From: Bispira polyomma
Lineage: Eukaryota
Assembly (NCBI GenBank): GCA_965649765.1
Contig: OZ287753.1
Coordinates: 32,054,001 to 32,118,000 of the forward strand
Direction: 5' to 3'
DNA length: 64,000 nucleotides
The position numbers were made by a program, and so were the translations under genes. The notes below the pieces were generated by a model that saw nothing but the letters and a program-made list of their open reading frames with translations, was not told the origin of the DNA and did no database searches. Below, one piece after another: positions 9,956 through 24,279 of this stretch (positions are counted from its first letter, which is position 1; the number at the start of each line of letters is the position of its first letter).

Positions 9956-11379
9956 CAGATGAACCTGTGAAAACACTAGGGTCAGCCAAAGTTAAATTTG
10001 TAATATGATTTCATTTATTATATCATTGGCGTGTATATTTTGTCTAGCTTTCTCTAACTTCTAATATGATATAGCTTGTTATTCTGCCATTCAAGTGACT
10101 TTTCCAGGAATATATTTATTGCAACAAAACTATGTTTATATAGATACAGCACTGACATTTCACAGTGGCACATAAATAATTCCACATAGATAGATATATA
10201 CATATATGTATATAGTTGATGAATGCTGATCTGCCTAAAACAATAATTATTATATGTTACAATAGCCCTCCGACTAAATAGAGGCATATGGAAGCAATCA
10301 ATTGCTGGATCAATGTCAATAACACAAAAGTTTTAATCATCAGATAAATGGCTAGATTGATAATATCCAGAACGATAGTAAAACCTATATTATCGAAACT
10401 TAACCCCCCTCCTTAAGTTAAACTTTTATGTTTCAATTGACCCCCCACTCCCCCAGAAGTTAAGTTAATAATAAAATAAACCTCAAGGGACCTTTATTTA
10501 AGCAGAATTTTCAATAAACAACGTAGATCTTACAGGATAATGCCTTTGTGAGCAACTACAAATATTTTTCCAAATAAAAGGGAAATTGATTTAACCAGAA
10601 TTCTACTTAAAGAGGTTCAACTGTATCTGATAAGATGATTTTACTTTCCTACTGTAAAAGTTTGCAACCTTATGTTCCTAGTTTAACATGAAATGTCTTT
10701 TACTATTTTATTAACCTTCTCTTATCTAAACAAAGTCCTTCTCTCCCAAGATGTTCAGATAATAGAGGATTCTACCAATATATTTTAACACCATCTGAAA
10801 CTCTAGAAAACTGGTAAATACATACACACCCGCATACATACTTGAGAGTCTGCAAAACAAAACAAGCAATAAATCATAGCCACCTGGTGGCAATTGAAGG
10901 TATTAGCCGGGGTCTTTCTTATCTGGAGTGGTAATTTATCCATATTAGTGGGGGCTCACCATGCAGTGCCAGCTTTTACAGGTGAGTTGGCCCGGATGTT
11001 TTCTACTACAAACTGGTACCAGATTTGAAGAGAGTGCACTTCTTGCCTCTTGAGAGAATGTGAGAAAGTACAGCTCACAAACATGGGAAAACTAAATGGC
11101 TTCATTTAAACAGTTAAGAAGCTATATCTCACTGTTTGTAACAGTATGTTGTTGTTTTTTATGTCAACTAAAAAACAAGGTACAGTAAATGATCCGGAAT
11201 CATCACATCACTCAAAATACTTTTCTGACCCAGTCACGAGTTGAAGCAACATCAGATAAAGATGTATTTGTTTTTTGTATTTATAATCAATCCATTACAA
11301 CCTTAAAGTTGAAGAAGTCTAGAATGCAAATGTCCATCATCCATTACTGTGAAGCCTTTTTCGACACAATCAATCTCCA

Positions 11380-11581
11380 CAAGGTTCGTTAGAGAGGGCT
11401 ATTGAGGTTCTTTAGCTTGACACCAGGAAACAGGACCACACAGAAAAGAGAGAGGGCCGCAATTTTAAGTGGTCATCTGAGTAACTCCATGTATTTACCT
11501 GTACCTGGTGACCCAAGGCTGGGTTTAAACCCAGGTCCTCGTGTTCCCAAGTGAGTCTGTTACCCACTAGGCCACAGTGAC
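11380..11581 (-). mobile_element. Degenerate tRNA-derived SINE
   Basis: Minus strand has A-box tggcctagtgg and B-box-like ggtttaaaccc. A related copy lies at ~43170-43365 (+). Confidence 0.5.
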
Positions 11582-13486
11582 AAATGTTATGAGACAGTAT
11601 TCCACTCTTGGTTAAAGATCCAGAAAACAAAATGTTATTATTCTAGAATTAGTCCTTATTTGTGTTTAAAACCAAACAATACTGTTTGTTGTAGCAGGTG
11701 CCTTGCATCAATACAACATGTACACTTTAAAAAAAAGACTGGGTTGCTTTATTTGTTGTGTAGAGAATTACACATAATTCCGTTAGCACCAGACTATGAG
11801 TAAAGTGAACAACTAATACGTGGGTTGAGTTGCAAATGATCAAAAGAAAAGGTATATATACACCAAATTATACTGTCAGTTATAATAAAAAAAAACAAGC
11901 AATGCTTAAATTGAAAGACCAATGTTAAAGAATAGAAAGTTTAGTATTCCAGGTAATAGTATTTAGATCATTTGGCTTGAATGTTTTTAGGGTTGGAATT
12001 ACATGTGTACCTGCAGGCTTGGTTTCAAATATACAAACCACACATATCAAGTGTTTATCAATCTTCCCCAGTTCCTGGGTCTTGCTCTAATGTCCTGCTT
12101 CACATCTGGCTTACATTATGGGAGAGTTGTAACCTAAATCCTGGCCATGATAAACCTTTAAACTAACATTATCTTTGGGAACTGTTTATTGAGGTGCCCT
12201 GCAGGAGTCTTTCCTTCAAATTGTCTAGCCTTTCTAAATCCTAAACTATTTTTTTGTCATTATTTTTTCTGGACATTATGTAATCTTTTTTATATTAGAT
12301 TTGTATATGGGAGTCTTCTAAATATTTTTCAGGATGCTTTTGATTTAAAAATCCTAACAAACATTATTTTAAAAGAAATTATGAACAAATCTTCCCCTAC
12401 CTCTCTGAGCCTCTAGAAAGACTAACCTCTGCTCAGAAAAGAAGGTCAAGGCCAGTGGTGTCCAGTAAAGCACATGTGGAGGGGGGCTTGAGGGGGGTTA
12501 TTTACAGCTTGTGGGTTCAACTGGACAGTGAAACTGATGCCACACTTCAGTGGCTTGGGTTCCTTATCTAAGTTAAACTAGACTTCAAAGAGATTCAGCT
12601 TTTTCAAAAGAAGCAAGGGGCTATCATTTGTGCAGAGAATAGGATGATCAAAAGTAATTTTTATCTCCTATGTATGTTGTTAAGATGTCTGTGGTTCACT
12701 GAAATCCATATTTTGATTAGTTTGTGTACTTTTATTACAATCATCAAGTAATAGCAACTTTGTATGCTCTGAATTTAAAGTAAAAACCTTGAACAGGTAA
12801 CACTAAGAATATCTACTTAAGTTATTAATTATATGTGATACATGTATATATTATTCAAAGAGTATTAGATTCAAATAACCCCTGATTAAAGGTAAACAAC
12901 AAACACACATGGGACTTTGGCAAGGCTGAACAAAAGAACAAAATACCATTTTTCTACTAATTGAAGCAACTTTAAGTAATTAATTGTTTTTGTAAATAAG
13001 AAAGTTGAGCTTACATTGTAAGACTTCAGAAATTTTCTCTTTGGGAATTACCAATAAAGTTTTGCTTAGGTTGGAAGACTACAAACACCAAGTTATTACA
13101 GTAATTGGACCTATGCCACCAAGCTCCTCCCTAGGTGAAGTGAACACAAAGTTTCTACAAAGAAGGGATTGTTCCTTGAAGTATACACTAATGTCTTGCC
13201 CCCCACCGCCCTACCCCCCACTGTCTCCAGATACCAGTTACTGTGTAACAAACTGGTCTAAGAGCCAGAGACAAAAAAAAACCCTAAAGGTTGAACTTTT
13301 AACAACCACCAAATTAACGAGACTGATGAATACCCCACTGGACCCATAAAGAGAGAGAGACAGTGAGAACAGCCCGGAGGCATGGCATTCAACACACAGT
13401 CTTAAAACTTCAAAAATGTCAACAAAAACCAACAGCTTTTTTACTTTTTATGAGGTGTAGCCTACGATTGATTTCATTCTGTAAAG

Positions 13487-13692
13487 GCCGCCGCAACCAT
13501 CTTGGAAATATCTAAAGACCTTCATGGTTTGGTTGGAAACAATGGACCTGGCTAAACTATCAGGTGTCTACTTAAAATAATCAGGCATTGTCTAATATTG
13601 CCACCACCATGTCGGAAATAATATGTAAGCCATTCTTGGATTGGTTGGAATCAATCGACCTTGCCAAACCGAGGGGTGTCAGATTTAAAATT
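13487..13692. repeat. Two diverged ~112-bp tandem units (Helentron/HINE-like internal array)
   Basis: gcc..ccatcttggaaata...ttggttggaa.caat.gacct.gc.aaac...ggtgtc...ttaaaat occurs twice. Confidence 0.55.
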
Positions 13693-13955
13693 TCTCACAC
13701 TGTGCGCCTGTGTCTTTTTAAAAGGACAGCTCTTGTTTAGGTAAAGCTCCTCAATATGGCTGTGTGTATGCAGATAATAGACTGTAATATAAATGGGTGT
13801 CAAGAAAGGCTAGAGTTTTATTGCAAGGGATCCTTAAAATGATGGATAGGGGAGACAATATTATGGACTATTGCTTTATATACCCATGTAAAGTGCATTT
13901 AATATCATAATAAATGACTGTTTTTGTTTTTAAGAGGGCCCCCCCCCCCCTCCAC

Positions 13956-13999
<44 letters not shown>

Positions 14000-14512
14000 C
14001 AATCCCTATATTGCCTGCCCTCTATTGCCATATATGCAAGTAGCCTAAACCATCAGTTAATTGCATGTGATTCTGGGATGACCTCCTTTATAGCTTTAAA
14101 ACATTATAAGCTTTGCCAGAACCCTTTGATGTATGCCTAAACTAAAACAGAGTAGGATTACTTTCAGGCCCATAAAGTATATTCCCAGACATACCTAGGG
14201 CTTATTTAGAGGAGAAATTAAACACCCTGCTCATTTTCCATCTGAAAAGGGCACACTCACTACAATGGATCTGTGTGTGTTAGCCTTGTCTGTAGGATCT
14301 ACATGTATTTATGTCAGAAAAGGCCAAAAGTCACCAAAAGTTTCCGTTGTGCCATTGGTTTGTTTGTTACCAGGACTACACAAAAGCTACAGAACCGATT
14401 TACATTTGTTTTGTTTATTTCACTTTTTGCCAACGTGTCTGTCGAGGTTTTCTTGACACTTGGAATAAAAGAGTGCATTATGATTAGTCAATGATATCCT
14501 TTGATACACCTG

Positions 14513-14735
14513 GGCCATTGTCTCCCAAAAATAAAATCCAGGTCAAACTCAGAATTAATTCAAATGAAGGGCTACATATAGAAATAACCTCTACTTGTAG
14601 CCATTCATTTTAGACGACTTTGTAGTGCTGAATTACAAATATGCATTCAAACTTTACCCAAGTTCAATCTGTAAGAGATAAGGAGACATCAGCTTGAATA
14701 GGAGTCCAGTTTGAGAATTTTGTAGAATATGGCCG
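14513..14735. mobile_element. MITE family C, old copy
   Basis: Internal similarity to 31990-32231 (aataacctctacttgtagccattcatttta...gctgaatt). Confidence 0.6.
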
Positions 14736-15489
14736 CATCCTTATTGTCAATACAGCTTGACTTGTAGTAAAAACAGGAGGCTTCAATCCAGGCTAAATAT
14801 CTGTAGGGGTTTCATCATAAAATTAAAACCCCCAAAAACCTATACCCCCCCCCCCCCCCCCATCAAAGTCAGTAGCTGGAAATTGCAAACACATTCTAAG
14901 TCCTCACTTTTTGAAAACCAGAATCTCTTCAAGTTCCACTTCAAAAATCTCACACAACTGTGAAAGTCCCACCAGTGTTTTACTTCTAACCACAATGTAC
15001 ACCCATATTTAGATATAGTACATGTACCTAGTTTTGTTTCTGAACAATGACCTATAAGATTTATTAAGAGTTCAATCTCAGTTTCAGTGTGGCCCTACAT
15101 CAGTACAGGATATATGGTTAAACCTCCACAGAGGCACTTTAATATTCCACAATGGCTTGATAATGCTGTGGAGTGACCTACTGGGGATCATTCTGGGGCT
15201 ATCTGGACAGAATTCATTGTTATTTTGTCCTTAGATGGCTTTTATATTGGATGAGACCATTTTCCCCATCACATCACAGTTTAGCCTTGTTCAGACCAGC
15301 GATGTCTCTAGTGAGATGCACAGCAGTTCTTTACTATTATGATGGTGGTTTTTTGTCAATAAATTTGATTGAATGAGCAGATTAATTTAATTGGCTGAAC
15401 ACAGATTGTAAGAAAGAATTTGAGAGACTGTGCATGATAGTTTAACCACCTTGTGTGAATATTCCAAGAAAAAAAATCTTATGACTTGA

Positions 15490-15550
15490 AGGGCGCTCAG
15501 TAGAGCACATACCTTCGCCAAGGCATCACAATGCTAAAATAGAAAATCCC

Positions 15551-15581
<31 letters not shown>

Positions 15582-15695
15582 AAAAAAAAAAAAAAACAAT
15601 CCTGAATCCACCCATCTACTTTCATGTAATCCTGGTGACCAACTACCAACAAACTAACATGGGCAAAATCATAACCTCCTTGACGGAAGGTAATA
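15490..15695. mobile_element. Non-autonomous Helentron-like (HINE/DINE-type) element
   Basis: Subterminal inverted repeat accttcgccaagg / ccttgacggaaggt and end motif cataacctccttgacggaaggtaat. A degraded relative lies at ~31100-31300. Confidence 0.55.
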
Positions 15696-17616
15696 AGAGG
15701 AAGCCTCTGATAACAATTTTACAATGGTGGGCACACTTTATATTATATGACAGTGCAAAGTTGTTCCAACAAGGATACACTGTCCTGATAAAGGATTGAC
15801 TGTAAAACACAAAATATGATTAGTCAGCTTTAACTGAATAACTCAATCAATATTCAACAGTCAAAAGGGGTTGATACAATCATGATAAAAGTCAAGCCAG
15901 AGCAAGGTTAGACTTACGCTATAAAAATAATCAGTCTAACCTGTGTGTCTGTGGCTCATGAAAGTTATGCACACACAAAAAATGATAACCCTCAGAAAGA
16001 TTAGCTCATACAGGGGTGAAGGCTATGTTTTTGGTCAGAAACTTCCTTTTTTCCCGTGGATATCTACTAGAGCTCCTCAATAGCCATCAGCTTTACTCCC
16101 TCTCCCTATAGAGGTTAAATAGGAGGAGGAGATTCAGATGTCCTTGTTTCCAATTATAACTATGTTGGTATTTACTATAACAGGCTCATTAAACCTGGAT
16201 AAAAATGTCAACGACCAGCTTGTTGTATCTGCTTCGAGAGCTTTAGTTAATGGGACTCTATCATGTTACCAACCTGATTAATGCTGGCTAGGCTAGGGTT
16301 CTAATGTGGTGAAGACAACATCCCATAATACTCAACAAATAACAATATAAACAAGCGAATAAATTTAAAACATGATCAAGTGTGCATGCTTTTTTTATAT
16401 ATATCCATTGAATTTTGCAATTGTTTTATTTTTAATTTAAAGTATGGTAGTAGCAAGATCGATTTGGTGTGTGTAGACAAGATATTTTGCTGAGAAAAAT
16501 ACTGAAGACTCTGTGTTAGGAATTGTCTTTTTTCTTTTAAATTTACTTATTTTTAATTCTTGGGACCTGTTAAACATGAATTGAGTTATTGCCAGCAAGA
16601 ACCATTAACCAGGTTCCCCATTAAACTCTGGAAACAAGAGCTCCAACTTCTTTTATTTTATCAAAACAGACCCACGTTCCGAGGACAATAAACTGTCCCA
16701 AAATAACGGCTCCCAAATCACCAACACCCACCCACTCACCCATCAAACTACCACAGCATACACACACTCATATTTCACCCAATAAATGACACTTTCGAGA
16801 GACCAGGAGCACCACTGTTTTGACTCATGCTAAATGAAATAATTTCATTTTTTTTATTACTACTCTGTGGACTCTCTTTCTGAATAGTTGGCCTTAACTT
16901 CTGAACTTAAGCAAGGACACTTTGAGGAAAAAGAGGACCCAGTTATTTCTGGCTTGTACTGTAAGACACACACACTTGCCTTTAACAACCCCTAGTCTGG
17001 ATACGGCTGTATCATTGTAACATATTTTCTATAAACAACTACCTATTGCGCCACAAGCTTTAAAACTGAGCACACAAACATTGGGAAGGTGTTAATAAAT
17101 TGTTAAACAAACTTTGAAAGCTAAGCAAAGACAAAGTTTTATAATTGCCAAAACTATAGATGTAATATGTCTTGTTTTAGTAGAGATTGATTGATTTAAC
17201 AGAGAATAATTACTGTTTACACATGTGTCAAATAGGTTTACTATTTCTCAAAATAAACTTTTTACATCAAATTTAATTTATGCAAACAGATATCAGCTCC
17301 CAACAAAATATTTGTCTTATCAAAAATAAAATGAGAATATGAGACTACAGGCCAAAAAACCATGTTCATATATGGGAAAAGCCAAAAGCCAGTCTCTGAG
17401 AGCACTTCACTAACTGTCTTCAGTGGACATCTAATGAATACATCCTGTGATTGATGGTTTCCAATAACAACCAACCATCTATCCCCCATCCACTCTCCTT
17501 TACCAGTTTCTTCAACTTTGGACCCTTGTTTATAACTTGCAGTCTTATTTGGACAATACATAATACATGTGAATGTCTACTAGAACTGCCCCCCTCAGCA
17601 CATTGTTGTAATCCAG

Positions 17617-17841
17617 GGCAGGTATTCTCGAACGTATACTCAGCTCAAAGTCAAACTCAACTCAAATCTGGATACAGCAAAGATATCTAAAATCTGACTT
17701 CATATTTGAATTCAGTGTGAAAAGCTCTATTAAAATGAATGGTCACAAGTATAGGTTATTTCTATGTACAATGATTTCCACATGGCCAGTATGTAAGTTG
17801 AGTATGAGTTTAAGCTGAGTATACGTTCTAGAATACGAGCC
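17617..17841. mobile_element. MITE family C (PIF/Harbinger-like, CWG flanks)
   Basis: ~50-bp TIR ggc..gtattctcgaacgtatactcagct.aaa.tca.actcaact; flanks CAG and CTG. Confidence 0.8.
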
Positions 17842-19594
17842 CTGATGTTTTATGGCAATATCAGAGTGCTGGCTAATGCCCCGGTTCCTTACAGAAGTGA
17901 TCCCTGGTCATGTAGTGTCACAGAGATACATAAAACATATAGTGATCTTTCAATATCACTTTAGGGTGTTCAATGCTTCCATGGTAAGCCATGCATATCC
18001 ACCAATAATCACTCTAATATGGACGGCGAAAGTGGCAAGAAATGTTAGATCTGTGAACACAAGTTGAGGCAAAATGGTTAAAAAATACTGAAGATTGAAT
18101 CAGAAACAACAAAGCTATACCTTAAAAGCTTTTGTTTTTAAATAAATGATCTTGCATCACTGACAGATATATGTTTGACGTGCATAGATGACTTGCATGT
18201 TTGTATGGGAACAGTACTTAAAGAGTAATAAAGAGTAAATGAACAGACTTTACCTCTGAAAGAGTTTTACAGTTGATGTTAATCCACAAATTTTCATACC
18301 AACGAAATTACCATGGAGTACATGTACTACTTTAACTGTAAACAATAATACAACATGTATCTTCGTGGAACAAAAAACTTAATATCTCTGCTCCTTTCTC
18401 GTGTTACATTCTGAGTAAAAGTAGCTAGAACATGCAACTGGCAATTTAAAAAAAAAAAAATGATATTTTAAATGAAACTGAGACAGGAGTAGAAAATAAG
18501 TGTATAGAATGCGACTGAGTGATGCAGTGTATGAGAACTAAGGCTCTAATGACCAGATATAGTTATTACATCAAGTGGGGACCAGATATAGTTACACAGG
18601 GTGGAGAGACAGGTCCAGGAAATTGAAGACATGGGGAACCTTGTCCTGTTTGTTGTTGTAGTAAGGATATGAGCAAGGACACAGGATAAATGGTATAAAC
18701 AGGGGACTTATTACTACGGTGAAGGTTACTCATTTTCACGTTGACAAGGATATAGTTAATAATATAATTTGAAATGAAAGCTTCCGGAAGGGGGGGGAAG
18801 GGGGGTACATCATGTTCTGAGAGTAATCAAACATCACAAGGAGATTAACTCGAATTTTGAAAAAAATGGTAAAAGATTGAATTTGACTTTTCAGTGCATT
18901 ATAACTAGTATGACAGGTCTTGACATTGTGTCGAACATCTTAAAATCAGAATCAGAGATATTAAACAATAAAGTACACTGCTAAAGGTACAGAAAGGGAA
19001 AGAGGGAGGTTTGTATAAAACAATAGGAAAACAATAAAGATGGGAAATGATTCATCATTTAATATTTCAAAAACAAAGAGTTTGGATGCACAGATATTGC
19101 TGAATTTTGAGATTTTTAGCCACTTAATGATCATAACATGTAAGAGGAATTGCAGATAGTACAGTACAAGTAGTCTTCTGTAATACGTACCATTGGTGTC
19201 CCAAAGTCATACCTTAAAAATATTTAACCACTAAAAAAAAAAACCCCCCATTGTAGCAGCCTGTGCCTCACCACTAGACCCCTAAAGGTAGTCCTAGAAG
19301 ACCTTTAAACCCCAAAGAACCAAAAGTGAAATATACAAGTTACTCTGGGACAGCTGTCACACAATGAAGACAGAATACAACCGGATCTGACATCCAGAGA
19401 CATCATATTGGACAGCATGGGGACTGACATCACTGACAATACAGTTATCAGGACTGTCTGGTGGTATCACTGGTTATTGCCATTGAATATGATCAATACG
19501 CTCCAAGACCTCAGCCTTCCTATACATTTAAGTGTGACTCTTTATTAAGTTTAGGGGACAAATATCTACCCCTGTAGGATGGAGAATACACATA

Positions 19595-19800
19595 CAGTAG
19601 AACCTCTATATTATCCGAACATGTTGGGCAGAGGAAGATATGTTGTTCGCATAAGATAAGGTTAATAAAATAGAAGAGGTATCTTTGTGTATAAAACAAT
19701 AGGAAACCCAAATTTTGGGGAGAGTGGTGGAGTGGTCAAAGTGGAGTTTTATAAAATCAATATTCGGATAATAGAAGTATGGATAATGGAGGTTCTACTG
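19595..19800 (+). mobile_element. MITE family A
   Basis: TA|cagtagaacctc ... gaggttctactg TIRs. Confidence 0.8.
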
Positions 19801-19884
19801 TGTGTATATATATATATACCGGTGTGTTTCTATGATAATAAACACATTAGATGATTGTGAATTGTCTGGACAGAGATGAGAGCT

Positions 19885-20070
19885 CTTGGTGGTATAATAG
19901 TGGTAACAACATACTCCCCTTCTTATCTTGTTATGGGTTCAAATCTCAGCCCTGGACTTAAGGCTGGTGGCTTGCAGAGCATAAATCCTTAAATGACTAT
20001 AGCCTGTTCTGATTTTCTCTACCAGTAACTTGCCCCTTAACGATATGACAAGAAATCGTGTTGAAAACCG
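19885..20070 (+). mobile_element. Old tRNA-derived SINE remnant
   Basis: A-box-like tggtataatagtgg and B-box ggttcaaatctc; the 3' part resembles the other SINE tails. Confidence 0.4.
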
Positions 20071-20766
20071 GATATATAACTTTATCAATAGTCAACATAC
20101 ACTCTAAACATAAAAGCAACCAGGGGGCATCATCAACCTACATTTCTTGCTTTAACACAATACACATTAAAGTGTCTTTGTTTCTCCTATTGTCATGCAT
20201 TATATATATGTTATTGCTAAAGTACTGCCCCAGTCAGGTTACAACAACAATCTACACAGGCTAATTACTGAGATAAACCTGCAGTTGACCAGGTGAACCA
20301 CAAAAAGTACAAAAACTTTTATGACTAAACAAAGGACCTTTCTTCTCTCCTAGTACAGTACAGCACAGAGCATATATATCTAGATAGTAAATCTTTAGTA
20401 GAAGTGGACTGATGAGGAGGGGGAAATCGACGACAGAAAAAGTTCACCCTACCAGGTCACCCTACCATTAATTAATAAACTGATACAGTAGAATATACAG
20501 TAGACTGTAACTAGAACCAATTTGCTAGTCCCAAAAATCAAAAATACTACTTTTAAAGAATGGTGTTAACCCATGAGCTGTAGCACCAAATCCTGTGGGT
20601 ACTAAACATTTGACTTATACAGAGTCTACTGTAATGACTTTAATTAACACACCATATTAGCACAAATTGCATCTAGTTCTAGGATTTGTTTGAGTAAAGT
20701 GTCTATCTCGGATTTCATTTACTTCCTTTGGTCTGGAAAGTCATTTCATCCGTACATAATCTACTA

Positions 20767-20958
20767 CCGTAGACCCTCTATTGTCCAAACTTATATTATC
20801 CAAATATACGATTTTATGAACTCATTTTCACTCAGCCAAAATTTTGATTTTTTTATATTTGTTTATACTAAAAATACCCTCTTCTATTTGATAAACCTTT
20901 TGTTAACTGACCAAAAATCTTCTTCTTCCAATATGTTTGTATAACAGAGGTTCTAATG
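20767..20958 (-). mobile_element. MITE family A, inverted copy
   Basis: TA-flanked, degenerate TIRs, reverse-complement match to 50088-50275. Confidence 0.72.
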
Positions 20959-20993
20959 TACCTCCACACAAGCCACTGTAGTATTTACAAAGT

Positions 20994-21217
20994 TTTCGAA
21001 TTGGGATATTTAACGTCCACTCTAGTATCTGTTTAGGTTATATTGGAACGGGTAGTTGGAAACGCTGGAGGAAACACTGCATACAGTTGATCAAGGTTCT
21101 GCACTGAAACCTTTCCCACATAGGCATCGACGGGAGTCGAACTCACGCCGTCCAGAGGTGAGAGACCAGTGATTGTGAAGCGCAATGCTTGCTTACCACT
21201 AGGCCACCGTGGCCCCC
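20994..21217 (-). mobile_element. tRNA-derived SINE with 14-bp TSD
   Basis: Reverse-complement match to 38283-38527. TSD agtatttacaaagt at 20980-20993 and 21218-21231. Confidence 0.88.
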
Positions 21218-23413
21218 AGTATTTACAAAGTAAGACAGAGTGTAATAAGTCAGTACTCACCACCTGGGCTTCCTTTCTCATATGGAGCGGCATCTATAAA
21301 TACATAAAAAGACACAAAATACTAAACAGTTTGATACATCCATAAAGGTGACTAAGAGACTGAATGTCAGTGTCAAATAGAACTAACAGTATCTTAACTG
21401 AGACAATACAAAATGCTGATGACACATATGTAACCTTATTTCACTGATAATCATAGTCATAACCTTGATACAGTTAACAATACACTTGAACCCTTTTGAA
21501 ATGAACCTCAAGGGACAAGGAGAAATACCTCTACTTAAGCAAGATTTCCATGTAATAAGGGTAGATACTTGAGCAGTAAAAATCCTTAGGATTACTGTAA
21601 TATGTACAACTTCTGCCTGTTTGTAATTCCACCTGTAAGAGTGATGCAATATGTGTTCTGAGGCTAAAAAACCTTTTTTCTGAGGCTAAAAAACATTTGT
21701 AGAAAATTTGTATTTCAATCATTATTTATCCTATTTTGTTGGTTCCCTATTCAGGATTACTTTGGTTTTACTTAGTGAGGTCATGAATTGTGAGTGTTTA
21801 CAGTGTTGTGTAAGGAGTGAGCTCCCTCCCTAGGGTGACTTCCTAGTGTTAGCACTAGTTGTTGTTCCCAGGGGTTTCTACTATCAGACCATGGAGAATT
21901 CACAGTAAAAACACACATTTTATGCTTGTCTGGACTGCAATATTTCACCCTCATCCCAGGCAGAAGTGACCATAAAAAGCACAGTTAAGGCAAGAAAAGC
22001 TGTTAGCCTTGCCCACACTAAATTGAACAGGTCTTGAATTTTAGATGTTTACTGGCTGACATTATCTTAATATAAATATGTTAGGAGCTATTTTTGAGTG
22101 TGACAAGTATTGTAATATATAGTTTGTTTATGGTAATATGAATATGTTAACAGTTTGAGTAAGCCCCTGAACACCCACCGAAGATACAGTATATGTGTAC
22201 TCTGTTTCCACTTAAATTGGAATTATTATTTTTTTCGGGGAAAAAATCTAAGCCTTGTACAAGGTTATGTGAAATAGTTGTAGAAGATTCATTTTTTAAT
22301 TCATTCCATGTACCCACAAAGGAAAAGGTGACTGACTGGCAGACTGTAAAAAGTTCCACAACACAAAAAAACTAAAACACCTCTAAGCCATTTATTCCTG
22401 CCTACAACACTCACTCATGCAAGTATCATCAGCAAATAATGGGATTCTTGATTTATCTCTGTTGATTCTTCAATACAAACTCTCCTTGATGTGCATGCTC
22501 TTAGTGTACTTGTAAGTCAGGTGGTGTTTATAATTAATAACAGTCTACCCCGACCTTAGGTTATGAACTGAAAACAGCCCACAAATGGAAGATACACAAA
22601 CAAATACACATGTTAACAAGTAATACATTCGGTCAGAATTGGAGATTTATGAAACAAAGGATTATCCAAATCTATTTACAAGTGGCAATGCCACAAAGAT
22701 TCTTGACAAATAAGGGACATGTTTCCAATACAAAAGTTCGAATAATGTTTTGTTCATTGTGAATTTGTAAGATTTAGAGAACATTATAAGAAATAACAGA
22801 ATTGTACTTTCTTAGACTTAGTGATACAATATGTGTTGCAATAGTCATAACTTGGCAAGTCTGAATACAGTTAATTTCAATGTTTCCGATTCACTGTAAG
22901 ATTAGTTGAAACTACTTTCTCTTTTCAGTAAATATACCAGTCTTTTAGACAGCATCTTAATGGAAAGCTTCAACGTTCAGTTTCTAAGTACCCACACACA
23001 CACACACACACATATATATATTAGACTAGATCTATCAACAAAATACATTACCCCAGGCCACCAAAGTGAACTAAACAACATCCATTATTATACAATAACG
23101 GAGGGGATTTTGTGAAGAATTAATTTACACTTCAAACTACCCACAGGACTTCATACATCAGGGGACCTCACATTATAATCATTATGACCTATGTGTTATG
23201 TGTGTGTATGAAGGATTGATAGGCAGTCTTGCTTTAGGCTTTATTAAACTTTCAATTTAAAGTTCAGTTTGAACTAATTTTATTAGCAATTCAGGCAACA
23301 ATCGTTGAATACAATTATATATAGTCCTCTTGTAAGGTGAGGTATATATACAGATGTAATATATGATGAACAAGTAATCGTACATTAATGGCTGCACAAA
23401 TAGGTCACTGAAG

Positions 23414-24279
23414 CAGGGTTGGCACTAGGATTTTTTAAAGTAGGGTTTTGGGGACCCCACCTCTCATAAAAAGTATGGTCCCGGAGTAGCTTCCATGCAT
23501 CCGATAGATAAGTTTCAATTTTTGTGACAAATATAATTTAAAAATAATAAAATATCTGCTATTATATTTCTACACTTATCAAACAACAGAATATAATAAC
23601 ATAGAATATGAAAATTTAAGTCAAACACTACAAATTTAATATTGATACTTCTACATCCAAATATATAATTTAACATCAAACAAACCAATGTTAGCCATGA
23701 GATATAAAAATTTAAGTTAAACACTGCAAATTTGATATTTCTACATCCAAATATATACTTTAACACCAAACAAACAAATGTTACCCATGAAATTATACCA
23801 AAAATCTCATAAACAAGCTGTAGCTTAAAAAAAAACCCCAAAAAATAAACTGTGTCTCAGTGATGTAAATTGGACAGAACAAGTCAATTGTGAAACCTTA
23901 TTGACCATTAAGTTACATAATTATAATATAAAATAAAGTTTAGATACTTGAACTGTGAATGAAAAAAAGTTGGGCAATTTTCGTATCACCCAGGCCCTAA
24001 CAGAATTTTAAACGAATTTCTAACAAGTTTTAGAAACTACCCATTCAAAACGCCATGACCGGAAGAAACAAATCAAAACATCGAAATCTGCTATATTTGC
24101 GAAACCGCTAGAAACTGTGAATAAAGTTCAAAATATATAAAAATTAAAAGGGGAAAATGGCGATTTCTTACTTCTGAATAAATTCTGCATCCCAATGGAT
24201 GCATTGTATGCTTTAATTTGCATCCATTTACGAAAATTCTGTATTTTTAGATACTCGGATGGCGTAAGCGCGAACCCTG
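23414..24279. mobile_element. Non-autonomous DNA transposon (hAT-like CAGGG ends) with 6-bp TSD
   Basis: TIR cagggttggcact / agcgcgaaccctg. CTGAAG at 23408-23413 and 24280-24285. Internal diverged tandem repeat ~23611-23796. Confidence 0.7.

Noticed and set aside
10960-11005. 46-nt exon-like segment on the minus strand
   Set aside because: Frame-shifting length, weak acceptor, no homology.
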